From Amoebophrya sp. A120 (Eukaryota > Protista > Dinoflagellata), in the NCBI GenBank assembly GCA_905178155.1, contig CAJINV010000003.1:10984388-11048387 (forward strand): a DNA stretch of 64,000 nucleotides, in the 5' to 3' direction. Positions 20,555-32,312 of this stretch are shown piece after piece. Made by a program: the position numbers and the translations under genes. Under the pieces are notes generated by a model. That model was not told where the DNA came from. It made no database searches and saw only the letters and a program-made list of their open reading frames with translations. The first letter of the stretch is position 1. Every line of letters starts with the position of its first letter.

Positions 20555-22565
20555 AAACCGAATGTGAGTTGATATCGCTGCTTCGCGTCTCCTCCAACAC
20601 AAGCCCGAGCAACCTGTATAGAAGTACTTGTAAGTTGGACGTCGACGTCGAGTCGTGGAAAGATTTGAAGACGACCACTGCGGCTCTCTGGATCGTGGTC
20701 TTCCTCTTCGTCATACGGATATTTGGAGGAAAATCTTGTCCCATGAGATCATGAACCGGGGGCCGCCGGATGAATCTGATTTGGGATCCGCAACGTCGAC
20801 TGGGTTGTTCGGAACTCGACCTATTTGCCGCGTCTTCACTCTTGAACTTGATGCAACTTCTTATCTTGGCGTTCTTGCATAAAAGTTGTGGCACCAGCAC
20901 GGGAGGCATGACGCCCACTCTTGAATATGACAACAAATGTTGATCTTCGGGTCTGCACAGCAATTCCAATTCCGGGACAGACGAGCGAGCAGGCTCTTTC
21001 GTTCTACAACTACAACGAGTGGAAATTACTAATGATGATGGGAGGTGTATGTGATCTCGCATCTCAATCCGGTGGCGGTGGAGGTTTGATTTTATTTTTA
21101 GTGGATTGATGGGTGTGGACCTGTGCCTGACTTCAGAAAGGTGATTGAAGCACGAGGATGTGTGTTGGCATAGTACTTACGTTGGTTTATTTCCCGTCAC
21201 TTGTTTTAAAAATCATCCTAATGCGTGCGCGCGAAGCGCCTCACTCGCCACCGCCAACATAGTTTTTGATTCGCTGAGTGACACCGGCAGCACAATCGAG
21301 AACGAGCCGCATCCTCGCTGTATTGATTCATTATGGTTTGTCACGTTTATATCTTTGGTCTAACAACTAGAACTACTGACTCAAGTCCGGAGCATATAAT
21401 TACGCGTGGACGTCATGGCGCGTCATGATTGCAATTTTCTATCAAGAGACGAAGTACACACACGAATGACAAACCAACACGACAAAAGCGACACGGAATT
21501 TTTGGCCACAGCGACGACACGATGAAGCGACTAGTACAGAACAAGTAAACCTCATCTTTCCACCTGTGGTCCTTGCCCAGGAGCACACGTAGCAACAATA
21601 CTGCGGCTTCGTTCAATGTATCAGTTACTTGCCCAATCGCAATCCACCAAGACACGCTTGATTCAGAAGATTCTCATGATCCGTGTTCGGTCACCTGTCA
21701 ATGTCAATCTGAAGTCGAAAAACGTAGCATATTGTGCACCACATCCACACGAGCTGGCGTGGGCTTCATCAAACATTCGGTCATGCTAGGTCGTATGTAA
21801 GGAGAAAAGAAGCGTCGGTATCACAGATCAACGTTGTCCTCGGCACTCATTCTTGCGCCATGTCGATGTCGCAGTACCAATATGAGGACCCGCGTCTTTC
21901 ATATTCGCTCTTCCTCTTTCTTTCGTTCGGTAGATGTTGAGGACGATCGATAATTTATTGCTTCTATGTTTATTTCAATGCAGCTGCAGGGCAGAGGCAG
22001 ACACTACATACCCGTCCCAGTTATACGCCTCTTAGTACGCAATTATGATAATCGTTGTAGAAAATTTTTAACGGCTACAGTATCATGTTCATGTTGTCAA
22101 CATTAAACTAGTCTCAAAGTTCAAGCCAAAGTGTCTCGTGCCTACGAGGCCCGCTAGTGCTTATCTATACTCTCATCAAGCATGATGAATGCCCTGCTTT
22201 AAAGGTGGGAGCGTTGAGAATAAGATCGATTGTTCGTCATCTTAGTCTGGAAGAGAGTCCCGCCCATACCAGACATAACTTTCGCTGTCGTCGTAGAGTT
22301 CTTCATCCCTCCTTGAAAATTATCTCCATCCGAAGCAATGACGTCACTCTACGCCGTTCTGAGAAACAGCTTGTGGGAGGGTCCAGCTACCGCAAATACA
22401 AATCCAGTCTACAACTCCTTCAGAGTATTTTGCGAACAGTGTGGGTATGAGACAACGAGGCCCGCCCCCGCCACCAGCACTGGACCACGTTCCACCAGTA
22501 TGAAAGAGAAAAACTGTGTAAGCGTAAGTCTGTGATGCAAAGCATGAGACACTGTTACACTTGTC

Positions 22566-25298
22566 ATGCTGGGCAACCATGAAGTCCTATTTCATTTGCT
22601 TTTTCACTTACTAGCTGCGCATGACAGGCTTTGTCTGTCATGCAGAACAGATTTGTCATGCCGTCACCCCAAGACACCTACACTAACACAGTTTTTTTGT
22701 TGGATAACCAGCGAGGAGCTAGCTGCTTCCGTGGAACAAGAAAAGACGACCAACAGCAAGCAAGCACAGACCGCTCCTGCCGGTCGTGATCTACAACTTG
22801 TCGGCAGACGGACTGGCAACGATGCTGAACTTGTTGCAGAAGAAGGAGCACAAAATAAAACATCGTCGAGAAGTGGCTTCCCGGCGAACGAGAACACCGT
22901 CGCGACCTTTCTCACATGGAAGTTTTCCTTTATGTGTGCCGGTTTGCTTTTCGGGTTGGTGCAATTGGGCCTGACCTACAAAACCGAGGAGGACGTCATC
23001 GGGGAGTACAAGGGATACCTGGCGCAGTTCCCAGACGCGGTCCAAGCTCACGGCAGCCTCGTGTCTGTATTCGACAGTTTTCTGGATGTGCTGTATGCAT
23101 ACGAAGCATCGATGTGGGGGATTGCTGCCTTTTCCTACGGACTTCTGCTCGTTGCCGCAGTGCTGCTGCGTCTGGCCGTGGTCTCTTCGTCCTCCGAAAG
23201 CAGCGAAGCCGATGTTGGAGGTGCTGTAGTTGCTGCGCAAGGTGTATTAAACGAAAATGCGAATGTTGAAGAAGCAGGAGTTGTAAAAAGTCCTCCTGCA
23301 ACGGCGAAAAATATCACCCTAGTAAAGATCATGCCGGAAGAGAAAAAACTGAGCGCGCTCAAAAAGATCCAACTTTCGTCCCGCTTGATGCTGCTCGCTT
23401 GGTTCCTGGGTTTCGCGCCCCCGTTTTTCGTCATCATCATTTTTCCGGTGCGCATGCTTCTCGATTGGACGGACGTCCGGTCCAGTCTCTGCCAAGACGC
23501 CATCACGAGAACGCTGGCGCTGCCCGGGGTGGGCACGCAGCTTCAGGAACAGCTCGCGGTGCTGGAGCAGACTTCCGACATGGGCAGTTTTGTCACGACC
23601 ACGGCAGCTGCGCCAGCCTCTGCGTCTGCCGTCGGAACAGCAGGAGCTTCGGGAACTGGTACTTCTGTTGGACTTTCTGCAGCCTCCGGCTCCGTCGGCT
23701 CGAAAGCAAGCGCGAAGGCCGCCGCTCTCCTAGGCACGAGTAGTGGCACTGCTGGCAGCAGTGGCACATCAACTGCAAGCTCGTCATCGACTCCTGTTGG
23801 TACTACTAGTTCAGCATCATCTTCATCGGACACCACAATTACCGTGAATGGTAATGCAATTAAGCAATGGTGCGCTGCGCAGGGCGAGGACTGGATCACT
23901 GAGTTCTTTGAAAAACTTGACCACTGCACCAGGCTAGCAGAGACAAACTGTCGCACGACCACGTGCGGCAACGCCGCCGTTGCCACTTCCCCGTCCGCTG
24001 GTGCCCTGACCAGCAGTTTTAGCCGTTTGGAGTTGGCTTGTCTGACCAACTGCGTCCAGTTTGTCGCTGCGCCCACGAACAGCACGATTTTCGGCGAGAA
24101 TCTAGACGGCTCGCCGGTGCTAGCTGCCCTGCGGACCACACAAAAAGCCAGCTACAAGCAGGACTTGGCAACGTGTTTAGCGGCAGCGAATCCACCCACG
24201 AGTGCTTCCTCGGGAGCAGGAGGAGGTAGTGGCGCAACTAGTACGAGTGGAACAACAAGTGCGACGTCGTCCTCGTCGAGCCTGACAACTTTACAGTTAC
24301 CCGCACTGGCCAGCACGACGCGGCGCCAGCCAGCTTCGTACGGCTCGCTTTCCGACTTGACTACCGAACAGCAACATGTCAAGGGCCTGTACTTGAAGGA
24401 CCTCCAGGCAAAGGCGGAAACAGCGATGTTGCAAGCCGACCACGTGATCGGTCTGATGGTCGGCCTGATTTTCGGCCGGCAACTCCAGACCTCCGCCATG
24501 GCGTTGGTTGGCGGTATTGCGGCGGCGTTACTCAGCGTGAAGGCGTTTTTCCCAGACGACAAGCACAGCCTTGTGCTGCTGCTGGTGACTACCCTGGAAG
24601 CCATCCCGCTCTACATGGCGCTGCTCGGGATTTTCAACCAAATGCTGGTCGGCGGCTCCTCCACGGCGTCGTCTTCCTCCTCGTCCTCTCAAAGCCTGGA
24701 CTACTGTTTCACGATTGCCTGCGTTTCGCTCGTCCTCTACGAAGGTGCAACGGCCACCACGGGGGTCCGCTCGTGGCGAGCGAATACGGGAGGAAAACTT
24801 AACCTCCGCGAGAAGCGGGACGAAATGGGCGGGTTTTTGCAAAAGCAGTACATTCTATACGCGGTCTTGTTCCTTGTCCTTGCCGTGGCACTTTACTTGT
24901 GGGCAAACCAGGAGGGGAAGGCCACGGAAGAGTACGGCGCGACGGACTACGCAATCGAGTACATGCTGGATTTCGAGATGATTGTGTCCATGACGATCAG
25001 CTACTACGCAAAAAAATGCGTTACTGCGGTCGCAACCACGGATCTCTTCCTCAGTGCTTTTGTGGAGGCGGACCACGCAGCAGCCGATGCGATGGGGATG
25101 CACGCAGCGTCGAAGCAGGGAGGAGGTCCTCGCTCCGATCCTTCTCGCGGCAATGATAGAATTTTCCCCGCCGGAGCGGACGACACCTCGGCCAGCAGCA
25201 CCGCCGTGGACGAGGAACACGCAAAGTTTACTTACAGGAAAGAGACACGCAAAAACTTCCGATCTCTGTTCCTGCTTGAAGACCGGAAGACTGCTTAG
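22566..25298 (+). CDS. Large multi-pass membrane protein of unknown function (probably has further 5' exons in 20.7-22.5 kb)
   Basis: 910-codon ORF with two clusters of hydrophobic helices flanking a Cys-containing, Ser/Thr/Gly-rich loop; the true start is uncertain. Confidence 0.7.
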   Translation: MLGNHEVLFHLLFHLLAAHDRLCLSCRTDLSCRHPKTPTLTQFFCWITSEELAASVEQEKTTNSKQAQTAPAGRDLQLVGRRTGNDAELVAEEGAQNKTSSRSGFPANENTVATFLTWKFSFMCAGLLFGLVQLGLTYKTEEDVIGEYKGYLAQFPDAVQAHGSLVSVFDSFLDVLYAYEASMWGIAAFSYGLLLVAAVLLRLAVVSSSSESSEADVGGAVVAAQGVLNENANVEEAGVVKSPPATAKNITLVKIMPEEKKLSALKKIQLSSRLMLLAWFLGFAPPFFVIIIFPVRMLLDWTDVRSSLCQDAITRTLALPGVGTQLQEQLAVLEQTSDMGSFVTTTAAAPASASAVGTAGASGTGTSVGLSAASGSVGSKASAKAAALLGTSSGTAGSSGTSTASSSSTPVGTTSSASSSSDTTITVNGNAIKQWCAAQGEDWITEFFEKLDHCTRLAETNCRTTTCGNAAVATSPSAGALTSSFSRLELACLTNCVQFVAAPTNSTIFGENLDGSPVLAALRTTQKASYKQDLATCLAAANPPTSASSGAGGGSGATSTSGTTSATSSSSSLTTLQLPALASTTRRQPASYGSLSDLTTEQQHVKGLYLKDLQAKAETAMLQADHVIGLMVGLIFGRQLQTSAMALVGGIAAALLSVKAFFPDDKHSLVLLLVTTLEAIPLYMALLGIFNQMLVGGSSTASSSSSSSQSLDYCFTIACVSLVLYEGATATTGVRSWRANTGGKLNLREKRDEMGGFLQKQYILYAVLFLVLAVALYLWANQEGKATEEYGATDYAIEYMLDFEMIVSMTISYYAKKCVTAVATTDLFLSAFVEADHAAADAMGMHAASKQGGGPRSDPSRGNDRIFPAGADDTSASSTAVDEEHAKFTYRKETRKNFRSLFLLEDRKTA

Positions 25299-25955
25299 TA
25301 TGTGGAAAGGCGAGGTTGTCACGCTTGCTGAAAAAGCAAAAGCCGGAGAGCGAACTCGTTCTGTGCATATGAGAATAGGAACAACAGCCAGGTATTGTGT
25401 GCAAATGAAAATGAAGATCGCGCAATGAAAAAATAGAAAAAGAACAGAGGACAATATAGCACAAAGTGAACTTTCAGATCCGTGAAGCTTGAACATGCCT
25501 TGTCGTACTAGGTGTCAACTACGATTTGTACTTGTTCGTCTCAACAATCTTTGTCAATACACTCAGAAAACAAGCATCGTAGTTTGAACTGAGAAAGTCA
25601 TCGACTCTGAGAATCACACTGGATGATCATGCTGCACCTAGTGCTGGTCTGCAGAATATTTTACCTTTCAGGTTGTGCAGAAGTGGTGAAATGTAGAATC
25701 GTGCGTCGTTGTCACATTACTAGTATGATGTTGACGAGTTTTCCTTTGTCTGCAACTGTAACAGTCAGTACCACCGCATAGACTTCGACGACATAGATCT
25801 GTCTTAACACTTTCTTCGGCTCCACCGCTTAAGATAGGGCAGGCGCAGCAGCTCCTTTCTGTTTCGACACTACTTTCGATTTCGTCAGGATCGCATGGGA
25901 GAGGGAGCCAGCAAGCCTGAACCCTCGTCCCACGTCGAGGACTTTATTCGGTAAC

Positions 25956-27398
25956 ATGCTAGCAATAGACACGACACAATTTCCACAAGGCACTGAGGAG
26001 AAGTTTGAAATCTTGGTCACAAAATGTCTGCGGCAGTCCGCTTTCGAAGTTCTTCCCGAAGAAGAGCTGCGGTACGTGGCGGCAGCGCTACGCGACAACT
26101 TTCTCGCCCATCTGGACTTGTTCCAATGGGCTCAGTTCCTCTACGCACGCCTTCTCGAAGGGCACGCGCTCGGAGAAGACGGGTTGCGGAGCTTGCTTGC
26201 CCAGAAACTGATCGAGGATTATGGCGACGATGAAAACTACTATGGATCTACGCTGAACTGTAACCGCGAGGCACCAGGCGGGTACCACAATTCCACCAAC
26301 TCCGCGAGGACTGACGGCTTGTCAGAGGCTGATGGAGTCCACCCCGAAGCGGATCCTTTCACCGGAGCCGTTTTGGACGAGCTCGAACCCGTCGTCGAAG
26401 AGATGCTCAGGCGTGGCATCTTCTACGAGAAGCCCTCCTGTCCTTTCGAGGTTTCCGGGGTTCGCGTCCTCGCTCTTTTGACCGAAGACGACAGCTACCA
26501 TCCTGCTGTGGTGGTGCGCGAGGTGCATGACGTATTTTTCGCTAGTACGAAGTTGTGCGGTGAGGTCGAGGAGCACCGCGCTAGCGGAGTAGAAGATGCA
26601 CAGGAGCTCAACAGGCAAATGAATAACGTCCCGCCTACAACGGTGGAGGAGCTTGCAGCTGAACAAGAAAGGCCCGGCAGCAGGGGTGGCAACAAGGCCA
26701 AGGCCTCCAAACCCAAACCGAAGAAGTCCTTGGGCGGCGGGGGAGCAAAAAGTAAAAAGAAAACGCAGGAGACGGCGACTCGATTCTTTGAGGTGAGATT
26801 TCTCGAATACGGGAAGACACAGCTCGTGAAGGAGGAAAATCTGATTCTTGATGATGACACCCAATGCCAGAAAGACGAGGGAGAGGAGGAATTCGGCGAG
26901 GGCGAGTGCGAGCTCTGTCGCCACCTGAGTTCGCGCATCACGTTTCACCACCTGATCCCGAAGTCTACCCATCGGCGCTGGCTCCGGCGAAAAAAGTGGC
27001 CGCCCAACATCGACTCCGTGCTTTTGGAGCGCCACTTGTGTCGGGGGCTGGGTCTACTGCAACCAACAAAATCCACCGAGACGAGTGCTAGTGGGGGGTC
27101 AGCGGCCACGTCACAAAGTACTCCTGAAGCTTCTGTTGTGCAGAAGAATGGAAAGCAGAAGAAAACCGGGATCAACAAGAATAGCAGTGCCAATGCGAGT
27201 GGGAGCGCATCTTCTGCGCAAGTGCCAGCACCCACGCGGGCGTTGTTAAACTGCTACGGAGCAATGTTGTGCCCCAAATGTCACATGCAGGTACACCGGA
27301 CTGCAAGCAATGATATTCTAGCAGTGGAATTCAACAGTGTTGCCGCTCTGCTGAGGGACTTACGAATGCAAACCTGGCTTAGCTGGAAGGCAAAGTGA
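25956..27398 (+). CDS. Tudor-like domain plus C-terminal zinc-binding HNH-like domain protein
   Basis: VLALLTEDDSYHPAVV...FEVRFLEYGKTQLV (Tudor-like); CELC..ITFHHLIPK...LCPKCHMQVH..NDILAVEFNSVAALL (YisB-type HNH). Confidence 0.7.
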   Translation: MLAIDTTQFPQGTEEKFEILVTKCLRQSAFEVLPEEELRYVAAALRDNFLAHLDLFQWAQFLYARLLEGHALGEDGLRSLLAQKLIEDYGDDENYYGSTLNCNREAPGGYHNSTNSARTDGLSEADGVHPEADPFTGAVLDELEPVVEEMLRRGIFYEKPSCPFEVSGVRVLALLTEDDSYHPAVVVREVHDVFFASTKLCGEVEEHRASGVEDAQELNRQMNNVPPTTVEELAAEQERPGSRGGNKAKASKPKPKKSLGGGGAKSKKKTQETATRFFEVRFLEYGKTQLVKEENLILDDDTQCQKDEGEEEFGEGECELCRHLSSRITFHHLIPKSTHRRWLRRKKWPPNIDSVLLERHLCRGLGLLQPTKSTETSASGGSAATSQSTPEASVVQKNGKQKKTGINKNSSANASGSASSAQVPAPTRALLNCYGAMLCPKCHMQVHRTASNDILAVEFNSVAALLRDLRMQTWLSWKAK

Positions 27399-27470
27399 TA
27401 TTGGTACGAGCCACCTCTTCTTCTCGTGGGTAGCACATTACACCTGCTGCTTCTCGAGTCGGAAAAATAT

Positions 27471-28939
27471 TATCCAGAAAAAAACCACCATCCCCATCCA
27501 TTTTTGCAGTTTTTACATGCAGAAAAATTACAAAAAATGAACAAAAATTAAAAAAAAATCAAAGCGCTTTCAGCATGGTCGGGCTTGTGTTATCTATCTA
27601 TCAGCACTAGCTAGTGGCGTCCCTCACAAGCTAGCTGGAAAAAATTGAAGTTGCTAGGCCCACAGCTGCTGCACTCGTCAAAGTCCAGAGCTGAAGACTT
27701 CGTCGAGAAAGGCTGCTCCACGTCCGAGTTTGCCTCTGATGCCACACTATGCATCATTTGGGGGCTCGGAAAAACGTACTCGCTTGCGTTGCGCTTCTTT
27801 TCCCATGGTATGATGTTGCCCTGATGTCGCGACGAGTCAAATCTTGAGCCTTTTGAAGCATGCACGCACAGAATAGAGCAGCTGCCGCGCAACGCTTTGC
27901 CTAGGTTGTCGCCTCTGGTGCGAGCTAGCCGCGCGGCTGCAGTTCCTCAGATTGCGCTGATTATGGTCCGGAAGTTTTTGTCTCCGGCTGTGCGTTCAAA
28001 GCCGATATTTTTTCCGATTCAAAAAAATTTCGGATTTTCAAGAAAAACAACTTTTTTTGTGGATGGTGGTTTTTCGCACGACGGTATGCTAAATGCGAGC
28101 ACCTACCATCCACTCCATTTCTATTTAGAAATGGTATGGATGGTAGGTGCCCGGATTTAGTATAGCATGGGGATAAAAACCACCATCCACAAAAAAACGC
28201 GATTTTGGAAAATTGCACGAAATTTGTGGATGGTTGTTTTTATCCCCACGCTATGCTAAATCCGGGTACCTACCATCCACACCATTTCTATTTAGAAATG
28301 GCGTGGATGGTAGGTACCCGGATTTAGCGTAGCGTTGGGATAAAAACCACCATCCAGTAAAAATTGGAAAGCTGAGACTTTTTGGAAAAAAACTTGCGCC
28401 ATTTTTTTTCCAAGAGTATTTGTCTTGCCCAGAAGGTTCTCGAGACGGAGAAGTCTTCGCCTCTTGTAAACCTCTCGGCTGCGCTCCTTTGGATAATCGC
28501 ACTGCTCGTCGAACTTCTACCAGTCCCGCCTTCCGTATTATACGGGCCCGCCTACATCGTCCCACGTGGCGGCGCGGTGGCGCGGGGATGAGGCCGCCAA
28601 GCTTTGGGCCAAGCGCTGGCGGCCCGTAGCGTTGTACCACCTGAGACGCCACTGCGCCCCCGCCGCATTGCGACTGGGGCCAGCGCCGGTCAGCCGGTCG
28701 AGGATCCAACTTGTACAAAGCCTTGCTGGCCGTTTCTCGTCCCGGATTCTTGCTGTGGGCCTAAGTATTTTGATTTGTGTAGCCTTCGCATGCATGGGAT
28801 GTCCCGTTAGCTACATTTCTGAGGACTAACATTCATACATGGGCACTCATGATAGTTTGAATTTTTTTTTGAAAATTTGATTTTTGTTTTTTTCGAAAAA
28901 TGACGAAAATGGATGGGGATGGTGGTTTTTTCCTGGATA
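27471..28939. mobile_element. 1469-bp TIR element (family E), intergenic or 3' UTR
   Basis: TATCCAGAAAAAAACCACCATCCCCATCCATTTT ... AAAATGGATGGGGATGGTGGTTTTTTCCTGGATA; 5-bp TSD AATAT (27466-27470, 28940-28944). Confidence 0.93.
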
Positions 28940-29545
28940 AATATATGCTTTCTCACATGAAGTAGCAGAAGCGCTTGCGCTCTTCGTGGAGATTGCGCAG
29001 CTGAAGTATGCGGCCCGCCAAAACTCCCTCTTTTCTGTTTCAAAGACGGTCAATTGTTCTTCTGTGTGTGACGCTTCAAATTCTGTTTTCGATGGATCAT
29101 AGAGTGACAATGACAAAACAAGAATACTATTAGCTGCGCATGCACCAGCAGATAATTAACATGTAGTAGGGCTTCATCTTCCCTTTTTTAGTTTTACACT
29201 CAGCAGGCACGGCTGCAATCTCTTTCACAGGACACAGGATGATGCAGTACCAGCAGGAGCAGGGGCATACTCATCCGCTCTTGACAAACAAAAATCAAGA
29301 TCTTGTTCCGGAGTGTATTGAGTGTTACATGCATTGAATCCATCTCATATTTTTAGAGTGTTTACGCTGCTAAGGGTTTGGCGTCGAGAAATAGAATAAG
29401 TAAGTGGGATGCTCGGGAGTTAAGATGCTCGGGATGTAGTACCTTGAGATGTTGAACTAGGAAAAAGCATAAAAGTGCATCTATTTTGAGATCGAAGTAG
29501 CCAAACAACGAAGTGCAGATAGCGCATTTTTCCGATACCGTCACG

Positions 29546-29974
29546 ATGGGAGGTTCACCCTGGGAGCAGCATGTTGGCCAGAGTGTCTTCATTCCTGCGC
29601 GATACATCCTCGCCTTGGTCCAGGTAATCCTGAACGGCATTTGCTATAAGTACCCGGAACCGTATCTGCGAGAAGCGCTGCCCTTCGGGAACTACGAGGA
29701 GAACCAGACGTCGCTCCGTGCTGTAGTGTTTTTTACGCTCTTTTTCACTGTCGGTGAGCTGATGCTCTTCGTAATGGGCTACAGCCTCTACCAACGGGGG
29801 TTGCAGCTGACACAAACCGTTGTCCACTTTTTTGGTGCGCTGTTTTCTCTTTTCGTCGTTCTTTCCGGGGCTCATTACTACTGGTGGAGCCACTTCCTTC
29901 TCTACACAGCAATTGTGCCCTTTCTGATGCAGGTTTTCTGCGACGCAACCATTTTTGCCATGCGGTTTGCGTAA
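29546..29974 (+). CDS. TMEM107: Ciliary transition-zone protein TMEM107-like
   Basis: ~140 aa with four TM helices; IPARY, L.E.LP, EL..F..GYSL, H..GA, YWW..F...A.VP pattern parallels TMEM107 (VPSRF, ACLP, ELAGFLSGVSMF, AHCSA, YWYIF..SALP). Confidence 0.72.
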   Translation: MGGSPWEQHVGQSVFIPARYILALVQVILNGICYKYPEPYLREALPFGNYEENQTSLRAVVFFTLFFTVGELMLFVMGYSLYQRGLQLTQTVVHFFGALFSLFVVLSGAHYYWWSHFLLYTAIVPFLMQVFCDATIFAMRFA

Positions 29975-30573
29975 GACTAAAGACTCACCATCCGGCCTGA
30001 GTGAAGTTGTACACTCAGTCGAAATTATCGATGCGGCTTGTTCCAAACCTATTTTTGGGAAACATGGCCACGTTTGTTCTTGCAGCTCTGAACCACGGAA
30101 CAGGCATTGCTTTCTCGTCACACCAAGAGCAATGAGCTTCATTCTTGGTGCGACGTAATATTCTCCAGCTTTCAGAAGTAGAGGATTGCTATATAATATT
30201 CGCTTGGATCGTTGTCGTTCGCTGCTCCAAACTTAGAATTTGCATTTGAGCGCAAAACAGGCCGAGCAACAAATAAAGCGATTCGTGTTGATAGAAAGAG
30301 AAAAGCGAGTTTTAACATCGTCAAAAGCGCCACTTTAGATGTAGTCGTCATATGTCACATGCACAGTATATCGTGTTGTGCCTTTCCAAGTACTAAATGG
30401 TCACTAAACAAATCCTGAGGGAATAAGAGGAGAGAGGTTGGCTCATGTCCACTTGTTGTTCAAATCGAACGATGTCTCAAGTGAAGAAGTAAAGTAGCCG
30501 GTCCGCTGTGGTGCTTCGGTATCGGTGGTAGTTGTATAGTTGGACCGACACAATAAATCAGAGTCAGAAAATA

Positions 30574-32149
30574 ATGACGCGGTCCTCTACAGAGAGAACA
30601 GGCGGCGAGGCTATGTTTTCCGATGAAACGGCGAAAGTGTCCATCCTGAACCTTGCCGGGAAGTGTGTGGCGCAGTTTCCCATTTTCGAAGTTGCGCTGC
30701 CAGCCGAGAGAAGGTCAAGCGCCGTCTGTTCGACTTCCAACCCTTCGACTTTCAACCCGCTGAAGAAGGAAAAGCGTTTGTCCGTGTCATATGGATGTGT
30801 CAGGTTTGAAATCGTCAAAGTTGAAATAGTTTGTCATGCATAAAACGGATACCAGTTAGACCTACAGTTTGTAGTCGGCGCGTGACAAATTTTCTCGGTC
30901 CTGGAAGCGAGTCTGTCATGCGGTTTAGGGCAAAAGAGCTGCCTTCTGTCGTGCTAGTTCGCAGTCCAACTTTTGACCCTTACCAGGACTGTAATCTGCC
31001 TCCCGTGGGTCCTCTGCAATAGAGTCACTTCTTGTGTCGCATTTTATGCATTACAAATTATTTCAACTTTGACGATTTCAAACCTGACGCTTCCATATGT
31101 CAAGTGTGAGCTCTACAGCTGCGTCCTCGGACCAGGACGGGGACCAGCTTGCCGAAGTAGAAAGAAAATGGAACAACGATCCCAGTACGTTGATGTCCCG
31201 CGATCATGATCATTCCTGTCCAACAAGTGCATCCCGAAGAACTGTAGACAACGTGATGACGCGCATCGTGCAGCGGCTCGGGCTTGCTGATTCAGGAGAA
31301 CACAATGCTGACAGTCACGACGACCACGAGCAGAACCAGGAGATGAACACTGCAGCAGATAATTCGGATCAACTACATGGGAACCTCCACCAGAAGAGAG
31401 TTGATGTTGTACCAACGGAGCTGCATCCTTTCTCCGGCGTTGCGGTTGCGCGGGTGGGGGGAAAAGACGAGACTTCGACGACATCCTTGCAGCCGGCCTC
31501 GTCTTCTACGACCTCAAAGGTGGTGCCTAGTATGGGTGATTGCAAAAACGCTCCCGCCTGCTCTCCGTCCGCGACCACTGCTCTCCCCTACGAAGTTTGG
31601 TTGCCTGCTGTCACATCGCGATTCAAGACGTGGCTCGGAACCGCGTTTGAGCAGCATAATCGGGACGTGCTACGAATCCTGCGCGAGGAGCTGTGTTCCG
31701 ATGAAGAGAAAGTCAAGGGCTACCCGCGCCGGTACGTTTTCCAAGGCAAAGCGAAGGCGGTCAGGATCGGGACCTACGCTATGAAACCCGGGCTGCGCGG
31801 CGAAGGCCCGGAAGTAGGCCACGCGGAACGGGGGAGAGGTGAACTCCTGGACCAGCACACCCGGCTCGGTTCTCCAAAAATGATCGATCTTTGGGACAAA
31901 CCCGATGATTTGGTGGAGGACATCCCCGAGTGCGAACTAAAAATCTACCTGGAGAAAGCGAATCGAGCGGTCTGGTTCGAGTTCCTCTTCTCCATCGACA
32001 GCTGGCCCATGCGAAAGGAGCGACCGCTCGCCTACGCAAACCACGACATCCGGATTGTGCGCTGCCTCAGCCAGGACGAAAGGGAGGAACAACTGAATGC
32101 ATGCGATTTGGAGATTGAATTGGTATTAAGAAGCATATACCATTTGTAA
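30574..32149 (+). CDS. Protein of unknown function, two exons
   Basis: ORF 30574-30789 joins ORF 31103-32149 in frame (KRLSVS|SVSSTA) when the TIR insert and one repeat are removed. Confidence 0.65.
30790..31097. mobile_element. Introner-like TIR insert (family B) with ~55-bp near-perfect TIRs
   Basis: TATGGATGTGTCAGGTTTGAAATCGTCAAAGTTGAAATAGTTTGTCATGCATAAAA mirrored at the right end; direct repeat TGTCA. Confidence 0.93.
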
Positions 32150-32312
32150 TTGTACATAGTCATACTAGCTACACACTCTGACCAAAAGCAAAATAGTACG
32201 TTGTCGGTGACCTTTGTCTTTCTCAAAGCACCGCTTGCGCCGAAGTCCTCCTTGTTTCGTCGAAGTTGTGCGAGACAAGATGAAGATCGTTTTTGGCAAA
32301 AAAAAAACATGA

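Noticed and set aside
20750-22560. Scattered short exon-like segments upstream of the membrane protein
   Set aside because: They are plausible 5' exons, but no consistent splice path or homology could be established by eye.
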